Source: Gammaproteobacteria bacterium (GTDB lineage Bacteria; Pseudomonadota; Gammaproteobacteria; Steroidobacterales; BM003). Taken from it: 39,225 nucleotides of DNA. The stretch covers positions 1 to 39,225 of the forward strand of contig JAPHSC010000032.1 in NCBI GenBank assembly GCA_026193125.1, given 5' to 3'. Each line of letters starts with the position of its first letter. Position 1 is the stretch's first letter. The notes beneath the pieces are model-generated. The model saw nothing but the letters and a program-made list of their open reading frames with translations, was not told the origin of the DNA and ran no database searches. Positions 19,171-26,381 of this stretch are shown piece after piece. Made by a program: the position numbers and the translations under genes.

Positions 19171-19398
19171 CTAGTGGTGGCTATCGGTGTAGGGCAGTAG
19201 AGCCAGGAAGCGAGCACGCTTGACAGCGGTGGCTAGCTGACGCTGGTATTTAGCCTTGGTACCGGTAATGCGACTGGGGACAATCTTCCCCGTCTCGGTG
19301 ATGTAATTTTTCAGCGTAACCAGATCCTTGTAGTCGATCTCTTTTACGCCATCGGCGGTGAAGCGGCAAAACCTGCGGCGACGAAAATAACGTGACAT
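19171..19398 (-). CDS. rpsR: 30S ribosomal protein S18
   Basis: 75 aa (RRRKFCRFT-type motif [33 protein letters not shown]). Confidence 0.95.
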   Translation of the reverse strand: MSRYFRRRRFCRFTADGVKEIDYKDLVTLKNYITETGKIVPSRITGTKAKYQRQLATAVKRARFLALLPYTDSHH

Positions 19399-19447
19399 GG
19401 CTTAGTCCTCTATCGAATTCGAATTAGCTCAACAACAAAACGCTGAC

Positions 19448-19930
19448 TTACTTTTCCACAGACTCTTCGTCATCGGACTCTTCGTCGTCTGACTCGTCGT
19501 CATCAGCATCGTCACTGTCGTCCGTCATATCCTCATCGTCCCTGTCGTAGGTACGCGTAGCACGAGACGCATCACGCTCGGCGCGTTCGGAATCCCGACG
19601 ACGATCTTCTTCCACCGCTTTGGCCATGTGGGAGGCCTCGGTAACGGCCTCTTCGCGGCCGATCACCAGGTGGCGGATGACCGCATCGTTGAACTTGAAC
19701 AGGCTCATCAGTTCGTCCAGGCTTTCCTGGCCACACTCGATGTTCAGCATCAGGTAATGGGCCTTGTGGATCTTGTTGATCGGATAGGCTAACTGACGGC
19801 GACCCCAGTCTTCTTCGCGATGAATCGCTCCACCCGCTGACTGGATCATGCCTTTGTAACGTTCGAGCATGGCCGGAACCTGCTCACTCTGATCCGGGTG
19901 GACCAGAAAGACCACTTCGTAATGTCTCAT
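19448..19930 (-). CDS. rpsF: 30S ribosomal protein S6 with a long encoded acidic C-terminal tail
   Basis: [18 protein letters not shown] is the canonical S6 start (ATG at 19930). The ORF-track start at 20083 adds 51 non-conserved residues. The tail is [30 protein letters not shown]. Confidence 0.93.
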   Translation of the reverse strand: MRHYEVVFLVHPDQSEQVPAMLERYKGMIQSAGGAIHREEDWGRRQLAYPINKIHKAHYLMLNIECGQESLDELMSLFKFNDAVIRHLVIGREEAVTEASHMAKAVEEDRRRDSERAERDASRATRTYDRDDEDMTDDSDDADDDESDDEESDDEESVEK

Positions 19931-20255
19931 TGTAGTTCCCTGTGGACATAAGGCCTCCCGACTAACGGTGAGGCAGAGAGAAATGTAACCCGGGGCAGGC
20001 AAATACCTACCCAAGGGCCGGCAATGGTACCCAAGGACCGAGCCAAAGACAAGCCAAAGCAAGGGAGCCTCTGATCTACTCATGCACTCAATCTTGCAGC
20101 CAAAATCCAGCTTCTGTATTGCCAGACTTCGCCATGGCTGGGCATTCCATGCGCTTGACGCCTTGAATCCGAACCTTTTCGCTCACAATCTACTTCGTCC
20201 AGAGCAAATCAGAGGCTTCCAGGGCCTTTCAAGCGCTTGAGGGAGCCGGGAATTC

Positions 20256-20999
20256 TTAGGACTGGCGTTGCCTGAGCGCCTCATAGGCCAGTATGCCCAG
20301 GGCCACCGAAACGTTCAGGCTCTCGACGATGCCCGCCATGGGCAGGCGCACCAGCAGGTCACAGCGCTCCAGGGTCAGACGTCGCAGGCCCTTGCCCTCG
20401 GCCCCCATAACCAGGCCCAGGGGGCCTCTCAGGTCTGCCTGGTGGTACAGAGAGGGGCCGTTTTCATCCGCGCCCACCAGTACCAGGCCCATGTCCTTCA
20501 GCAACAGCAGGGTGCGGCTTAGGTTGGTCACTCTTATCAGGGGCACGGTCTCGGCAGCGCCCGAGGCCACTTTGCGGGCAACCGGCGTCAGGCTTGCGGC
20601 ACGGTCCTTGGGGACCACCACCGCACAGGCGCCAACCGCGTCGGCTGTGCGCATACAGGCGCCCAGGTTGCGCGGATCCTGGACCCCGTCGAGAACCAGT
20701 ACCAGTGGATCAGCGCCGGCCGCCGATACCAGGTCCGGCAAGTCCGGCTCATTCCACTGGCGCGGCGCCCGTAGCCGCGCGGCCACACCCTGGTGGGCTG
20801 TTTCAGGAAGCAAGTGATTCAGGTCCTTGCGAGCGAGGTTTCGCACCGGCAGGCCCGCCTGCACCACGAGACGCCGTGTCTCGTTCATGCGTTTGTCCTG
20901 GCGCTCATCCACCAACAACACTTCTTGCACCCTGGACGCAGATCGCGCCAACATCGCACGCACAGCGTGGTGCCCAAAAATCAGGTTTCCCTCACTCAC
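20256..20999 (-). CDS. rlmB: 23S rRNA (guanosine2251-2'-O)-methyltransferase RlmB (SpoU/TrmH family)
   Basis: 247 aa (LVLDGVQDPRNLGACMRTA, GAEGKGLRRL, ESLNVSVA). GTGA overlap with the rnr stop. The rnr-rlmB order is conserved. Confidence 0.9.
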   Translation of the reverse strand: MSEGNLIFGHHAVRAMLARSASRVQEVLLVDERQDKRMNETRRLVVQAGLPVRNLARKDLNHLLPETAHQGVAARLRAPRQWNEPDLPDLVSAAGADPLVLVLDGVQDPRNLGACMRTADAVGACAVVVPKDRAASLTPVARKVASGAAETVPLIRVTNLSRTLLLLKDMGLVLVGADENGPSLYHQADLRGPLGLVMGAEGKGLRRLTLERCDLLVRLPMAGIVESLNVSVALGILAYEALRQRQS

Positions 21000-23398
21000 G
21001 GCGCGGTCTTGCTCGCACGCCTGCGGCCTTTATTCCCGGCCTTGCCCTTGACCCCCTCCCCGGAGCCCTTCTTTTTCGCACCGGTGTGGCCCTTGCCCGG
21101 GCTTTTACCCTGGTCCTTGCGACCGCCCCGGCCGCTACGTTCCGGAGCGCCGCCCTTCTTCGGACGCAGTTCGTCACGGTCCTTGTCTACCAGCTCAAAA
21201 TCGATCTTGCGGTCCTCAAGACTGGCCCGCACTACCTTGACCTGCAGCCTGTCACCTAACTGGAACACACGTCCGCTCTGACTACCGACCAGGCGATACC
21301 TGGGTCTGTCCAGGTCAAAATATTCACTACCGAGGGCACTCACATGCACCAGCCCATCTATTTGCAAGGTATCCAATTGTACGAACACGCCGAACTGGGT
21401 GACGCCGCTAACCGTGCCTGGAAATTCCTGTCCCAGCTTGTCTTGCATGAACTCTGTCTTCAACCAGCCCATAGCCTCGCGAGTCGCGTCGTCGGCCCGG
21501 CGTTCGCAACGGGAACAATGGGCACCAAGCCCTTCCATGTCGCTCAGGGAATAGACATAAGTACCTGGCTTGCCACCATCGAGTAAATGCCCGATCGCCC
21601 GGTGCACCAAGAGGTCCGGGTAACGCCTGATTGGAGACGTGAAATGCGCGTATTCCCCAAGCGCCAACCCAAAGTGTCCGCCGGTGCCTGGCTCATAGAC
21701 TGCCTGGGCCAGGGAACGCAACATTACTGTCTCGATCAGCGCCGCATCGGGACGGTCCTTTACCAGCTTGATGACCTCGCTGAGCATGGCCGGCTTCATC
21801 GTGGAGCCCGGGTTGAAGGGGATACTCAGGGCCGCCAGAAACAACTTCAACTCTTCGATACGATCCTCATCGGGTCCGGCATGCACACGGTACAGGGCCG
21901 GAATACGCGCCTTGCGCAAGAATCGCGCGGCCTCCACGTTGGCCGCAATCATGCACTCCTCGATCAGCTTGTGGGCATCGCTGCGCACTCGTTCATGGAT
22001 CGCCGCCACCCTGCCCCGGGCATCGAACTCGAGAGTATTCTCGGGGATTTCAAAATCTATAGCCCCGCGTCGCTTGCGTGCGGCCAGAAACGCCTTATAC
22101 AAGCCATACAGCGCTTCCAGGCTCCCCAGCAGGGGTTCGAAACGCTCACGCAGTCGCTCATCTTCATGCTGGAGAATACCCGCCACCTGTTCGTAGGTGA
22201 AACGCTGGGCCGAGCGCATCACCGCTCGGAAGAAACGTGATTTGCTGACCTTGCCGGCCTTGTCTACGTGCATTTCGCACACCATGCACAATCGGTCCAC
22301 CTCGGGCTTGAGCGAACACAGCCCATTGGACAGAGCCTCCGGCAGCATGGGTATGACCCGGTTGGGGAAATATACCGAGGTGCCGCGATTACGGGCCTCC
22401 GCATCCAGGGCGGTGCCCTTGACTACGTAATGGGACACATCGGCAATGGCTACCAGCAATTTCCAGCCAGAGCCACTCGGCTCGCAATACACCGCATCGT
22501 CGAAATCCCGGGCATCGGCGCCATCTATGGTCACCAGTGGCACGGAACGCAGATCTACCCGACCCTCGCTGGCCCTGGCAGACACCTTGCTGCCAAACGC
22601 CTTGGTCTCAGCCGTGACTTCATCGGGCCACAGGTAAGGCAGGTTGTGGGCATGCACGGCGATCTCGGTCTCCATGCCCGGAGCGTCTTCGTCCCCCAGT
22701 ACTCGACTGATGCGGCCCGCCGGATAGGTATTCGGACCCGGTGGCTCGGTAATCTCAACGATAACGATCTGGCCAGGCTGGGCGCCGCCACGATTGCGTG
22801 GCCCAACCAGGATTTCCTGGGTGATACGGGGATTATCGGGGACTACAAATCCCACGCCGCCCTGGGCCACATAGCGCCCCACGACCTGGGTGTTCACCCT
22901 CTCCAGTACCTCTGCCACGGCCCCCTCAGGCCGCCCCCGGCGGTCATAGCCCTTGATACGTACTGCGACCCGGTCACCGTGCATGACTTCGCGCATTTGG
23001 CGGGCAGACAAGAAAACGTCATCCGAACTGTCATCGGGAATGACGAACCCGAACCCGTCACGGTGGCCCTGCACGGTGCCGGCAACCAGGTGTATGCGTG
23101 CGGTCAGGCAATACTCACCCTTGCGATTGGCCAGCAGCTGGCCGTCCCGACACATGGCTGCCAGCCGCTTGCGCATAGCCTGCCGCTTCGGCTCGCCCTT
23201 GAGCTTGAGGCTGGCATAAATCTCGGTCGGCGCCAGCGGTCTTCCCTCGGCTTCCAGAAAAGCCAGTACCTCGTCTCTGCTGGGAATCTCGAAAGCGTAT
23301 TCCGGCTGATCCCGACTAGCTGAACGGGGCCTCGGTGTCTTGGTATTTGTCTTGGTCAAAGGATTGTCCCCATGCCGGGTGTGATAGTTGACAAGCAT
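20996..23398 (-). CDS. rnr: Ribonuclease R
   Basis: 800 aa with cold-shock-like N-terminal domains, an RNB catalytic domain (IDGADARDFDDAV, HFGL...YAHFTSPIRRYPDL), an S1 domain (GVFVQL) and a Lys/Gly/Arg-rich basic tail. Confidence 0.93.
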   Translation of the reverse strand: MLVNYHTRHGDNPLTKTNTKTPRPRSASRDQPEYAFEIPSRDEVLAFLEAEGRPLAPTEIYASLKLKGEPKRQAMRKRLAAMCRDGQLLANRKGEYCLTARIHLVAGTVQGHRDGFGFVIPDDSSDDVFLSARQMREVMHGDRVAVRIKGYDRRGRPEGAVAEVLERVNTQVVGRYVAQGGVGFVVPDNPRITQEILVGPRNRGGAQPGQIVIVEITEPPGPNTYPAGRISRVLGDEDAPGMETEIAVHAHNLPYLWPDEVTAETKAFGSKVSARASEGRVDLRSVPLVTIDGADARDFDDAVYCEPSGSGWKLLVAIADVSHYVVKGTALDAEARNRGTSVYFPNRVIPMLPEALSNGLCSLKPEVDRLCMVCEMHVDKAGKVSKSRFFRAVMRSAQRFTYEQVAGILQHEDERLRERFEPLLGSLEALYGLYKAFLAARKRRGAIDFEIPENTLEFDARGRVAAIHERVRSDAHKLIEECMIAANVEAARFLRKARIPALYRVHAGPDEDRIEELKLFLAALSIPFNPGSTMKPAMLSEVIKLVKDRPDAALIETVMLRSLAQAVYEPGTGGHFGLALGEYAHFTSPIRRYPDLLVHRAIGHLLDGGKPGTYVYSLSDMEGLGAHCSRCERRADDATREAMGWLKTEFMQDKLGQEFPGTVSGVTQFGVFVQLDTLQIDGLVHVSALGSEYFDLDRPRYRLVGSQSGRVFQLGDRLQVKVVRASLEDRKIDFELVDKDRDELRPKKGGAPERSGRGGRKDQGKSPGKGHTGAKKKGSGEGVKGKAGNKGRRRASKTAP

Positions 23399-23456
23399 AC
23401 AACGTCTACGTAAAGTTCGCCCTCCAGCCAGGGTCCGGTTTCCGGATCCGTCCTAT

Positions 23457-23543
23457 GCCCAGGTGGCGGAATTGGTAGACGCGCTAGCTTCAGGTGCTAG
23501 TTATCGTAAGGTAGTGGAGGTTCAAGTCCTCTCCTGGGCACCA
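23457..23543 (+). tRNA. tRNA-Leu (anticodon CAG), type II with long variable arm, encoded CCA
   Basis: GCCCAGG acceptor 5' half pairs with CCTGGGC, followed by A and CCA. Anticodon stem CTAGC/GCTAG with loop TTCAGGT. T-arm GGAGGTTCAAGTCCTCT. Very similar in layout to E. coli Leu tRNAs. Confidence 0.93.
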
Positions 23544-23789
23544 TCCCTTCGCTGGACCTGTTGCCTCTTTGTAGAAGTCTGACACGCAAATATTCCGTGC
23601 GGTGGGTCGGCAGCTTCTCACGTCTCGCACAACGTTCAAGATCGAAACACCACCGACCAAGTCAGCTTACCCGGCCAGCAAAAACAAGCGGCTGAGAGCT
23701 TGGTTTGAAACAGTCGGACATCGACATAACCGCGACATGCAGAATGTCGCGATGGGAAGCCTGGACAACGGTTTCTTTGTAGCCTCGGA

Positions 23790-24857
23790 TTATCCCTGCT
23801 CGGAACGCAATTCCTGTCGTGGTCGCCGGGCAAGGGCAAGGCCAACTGTTTTCGGACTCTGGTAGTCAATGCAGCGAACACCCTCCTCGAATTCCCGCAA
23901 GGAAAGCAGCCAGGTATGACCTGGCCAATGCAGCTCCAGCGTACCCTGGATTGAGCGGTAGGCCGCCGTATACAGGGTGCCAAAGCCCCGATCAAAGGCG
24001 AGCGAATATAGCGGCGGCCGCTGGAATGCTGCAATAAATTGCCGGGCCGTGCCAGGATGCCGCTTGAGCCGGCGCAGTAACAATTCCTCCCGCTCCACCG
24101 AGGCCGTGGCCCGTGCGTGATCCACCCATTCCACTTCATGTTGATGGTTGGTGGCGATGGGTGAACGGGTCACAACAGTCGGCCGGTCCGGACTCAGAAA
24201 GACAGTGCGGTGATTCCTTGCCCTGTCCATCACCGTTACGTTGTAGGCCATATGACACGGGATCCGTTTTAACGCGCGTACCGCATCCTTAACATTCGTG
24301 CAGGTCTCAAGCACGTAACGCAAGACTATTGGTACACCAAATCCCTTGCCAACCACTCGACGGCCACCGAAGGTCAGAGAAATAACCAGACCATCCTCGT
24401 TTATCCCGTCCAACAGACCGATGAGGCAGTCAGACACTCCCAATACCTTGCGCCCCAGCCACTGCGTCCGCAGCACGACCGCGTCAAACGCTTGCGGCGC
24501 ATAATCGTAATTTCTGACCAGCATCGGTTCAGGTCCGTGCCACACTGCCTGCGAACATCCGCTCATATATGCGGGCGGACCGTAGCCGGATAAAAAACGG
24601 GAGGCATGATCGCCCCCGCCAGCCAACTCCACCAGCCGCTCATACACGGGCACCAACTCTGGCATGTGGTCAGCCACGGCCGTGAAACACTCACGGTAAG
24701 TTGGCCGCGCAAGCTCCCCTTCCGACAACCAGAATCGGCTGTAGGCCGGCCAAAGCCGTGCAAACAATGCAGTCCACTTCTGGCCTGGGACCGCCTCGTC
24801 AATGGCAGTAAAATTCAGTTGCATGACACTGGTGTGCACAGTCTGCGCGAGTAACAC
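23790..24857 (-). CDS. C45-family (acyl-CoA:6-aminopenicillanic acid acyltransferase-like) Ntn hydrolase/acyltransferase
   Basis: 355 aa. The Gly100-Cys101 pair (YMSGCSQAVW, Cys codon 24555-24557) sits where C45 proenzymes self-cleave. The downstream VRNYDY motif is typical of the family. The start could be M12 (MQLNF). Confidence 0.65.
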   Translation of the reverse strand: MLLAQTVHTSVMQLNFTAIDEAVPGQKWTALFARLWPAYSRFWLSEGELARPTYRECFTAVADHMPELVPVYERLVELAGGGDHASRFLSGYGPPAYMSGCSQAVWHGPEPMLVRNYDYAPQAFDAVVLRTQWLGRKVLGVSDCLIGLLDGINEDGLVISLTFGGRRVVGKGFGVPIVLRYVLETCTNVKDAVRALKRIPCHMAYNVTVMDRARNHRTVFLSPDRPTVVTRSPIATNHQHEVEWVDHARATASVEREELLLRRLKRHPGTARQFIAAFQRPPLYSLAFDRGFGTLYTAAYRSIQGTLELHWPGHTWLLSLREFEEGVRCIDYQSPKTVGLALARRPRQELRSEQG

Positions 24858-24891
24858 GCGCCCATCAATTCAGACCTAAGTGCTAGAGCAC

Positions 24892-26358
24892 TCAAAGCAA
24901 TTTAAACCCCGGCTCTGAAATAACCGGCTTGGCTTCTGCCGAAGTCAGTGGCACCGAGGCGTAATGAGCCCGAATCCCGTGTATCCACTTTTTCGCCTGC
25001 TCGGTCAATTTGAACTTGTCGTCCATCAGTCGGCCTCGCGTCACCAGGATACCCAGGTCCGCCCCTTCGTAGCGGTAGTCACCAGGCTTGAGGATGCGAA
25101 GGAAAAACGCCTCGCTTTCACTCTCGACCGCGCGCCGATGGTAATCAAAACGATTGAAACTGACTGTGCCATCCTCAGCCATTTTCCATATACCGCTCTC
25201 GGGCGCTGCGGTCAGGATGTCCAGGCTATCTTCAGTATGCTTAATCACCAGCTGCGACCAGCTATCGATGTTTTGCGGATCCGACCAGCGCTCATTTAAT
25301 TCATCTATGTCCAGGGCGAATGGCACACCGGAAAACTCAAGCAGGTGGAACAAAAACAAGGGAGCATCAGCATGTGCGAACGCCGCATGATTGGTCATTG
25401 AGCTCGCACCGGTGATGCGGGGATTCAACTCGCCCAAATAAATGTCCTTGGTTTTCTGGTCAATCAGGAAATCCAGTTCAAAATATCCGCGATAACCTTC
25501 CTTCACCAATTGCTTGCCGAATTTGGCCGTATAGTCTCTCGCCTTATCTCGCACTTTGCGAGAAAATGCTCCGGCAAATATCTCGTTTCCGCACCAGCCG
25601 CCACGGTACGGTGTGAGCTCAGGAAATCCGACCAATTCCGTCATCATCGGCCCCACGATGGTTCCGTGCTTGGTAGCGCAGGCCTCGATTGCCGCTCCAC
25701 GACAATTGATGCGCTTCATGACCTTGATCTCGCCCTGCCCGATTATTTCATGCTGGTGGCGCTCAAAATCTTTCCGGCTCTTGATGAAAAAGGTCGTGTG
25801 CCCTGAGTCACCGAATGCAGACTGCAAAACCAGGTCCTTGCCCAGACCAGCTTCGCTGGCGGCCGCGGCCAAGTCCTCGTAACTATTGATCACCGCCAGG
25901 GTGTTGGGAACACTGGGTACACCGGCCTTGTTGCCTATTCGAACGGTCTCTATCTTGTTATCGACGCGATTGCGCAGCTGCGCCTTGGGAAACCAGACTT
26001 CGCCTCCAATTTCCTCTACAAGTTTCTCGGTCTCCTCATCGAACATGAGGAAGACAAATTTTGCCTCTGAGTCCCTGGCCCGAATCCGGTCCATGACCTC
26101 CTTGTGCTGAAGAAGATAGTTATTGATGTCCTCAATCGACTGAAACTCTTCATGCGGCTGGTTGGACGGTACAAATACATTGGGATGACGGCCATCAAAG
26201 CAGTCGATGTAATTTATATACTTGAAATTGCGCACCCACTCGTCCAGACCCAAAAGGTTGAAATTTGTTGCGCTCACAAAATAGATCGGCGTCTCGTTCC
26301 TGTGGAAGAAGCGACGAATTTCGGACATGTTCTTCAGTTTTTTTCGTTTGCTAGACAT
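24892..26358 (-). CDS. ATP-grasp domain carboxylate-amine ligase (often auto-annotated as biotin carboxylase-like)
   Basis: 488 aa. The central ATP-grasp region has VLQSAFGDSGHTTFFI, YFELDFLID and GELNPRITGAS (an E-x-N-P-R type motif). It lies 23 nt downstream of the decarboxylase. Confidence 0.78.
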   Translation of the reverse strand: MSSKRKKLKNMSEIRRFFHRNETPIYFVSATNFNLLGLDEWVRNFKYINYIDCFDGRHPNVFVPSNQPHEEFQSIEDINNYLLQHKEVMDRIRARDSEAKFVFLMFDEETEKLVEEIGGEVWFPKAQLRNRVDNKIETVRIGNKAGVPSVPNTLAVINSYEDLAAAASEAGLGKDLVLQSAFGDSGHTTFFIKSRKDFERHQHEIIGQGEIKVMKRINCRGAAIEACATKHGTIVGPMMTELVGFPELTPYRGGWCGNEIFAGAFSRKVRDKARDYTAKFGKQLVKEGYRGYFELDFLIDQKTKDIYLGELNPRITGASSMTNHAAFAHADAPLFLFHLLEFSGVPFALDIDELNERWSDPQNIDSWSQLVIKHTEDSLDILTAAPESGIWKMAEDGTVSFNRFDYHRRAVESESEAFFLRILKPGDYRYEGADLGILVTRGRLMDDKFKLTEQAKKWIHGIRAHYASVPLTSAEAKPVISEPGFKLL

Positions 26359-26381
26359 TGAGCAATTCCTTAATTCTGTTG

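Noticed and set aside
19931-20083. 51-codon N-terminal extension of the rpsF ORF in the track
   Set aside because: The canonical S6 N-terminus [12 protein letters not shown] begins at the ATG at 19930, which has an AGGGA Shine-Dalgarno 8 nt upstream. The extension is Cys/Leu/Pro-rich and is better treated as 5' leader.
20594-21281. 221-aa and 162-aa plus-strand ORFs across the rlmB/rnr junction
   Set aside because: Their Pro/Arg/Ala-rich translations are antisense to the basic tail of RNase R and the rlmB N-terminus. There is no independent support.
22268-23323. 351-aa plus-strand ORF (and neighbours 21587-22240, 21768-22196) opposite rnr
   Set aside because: These are shadow ORFs antisense to RNase R. 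They have low-complexity Gly/Arg/His/Gln-rich translations, and the rnr frame carries all the conserved motifs.
23731-23751. Hairpin cgcgacat-gcaga-atgtcgcg between the C45 gene end and tRNA-Leu, considered as a bidirectional terminator
   Set aside because: The 8-bp stem is real, but neither strand has a following T-tract, so I cannot support an intrinsic terminator call.
23602-24139. ORFs 23602-23865 (+) and 23636-24139 (-) next to tRNA-Leu, checked as possible integrase or excisionase remnants
   Set aside because: The translations are Arg/Cys/Pro-rich with no integrase (R-H-R-Y) or HTH features. The minus-strand ORF overlaps the C45 gene out of frame.
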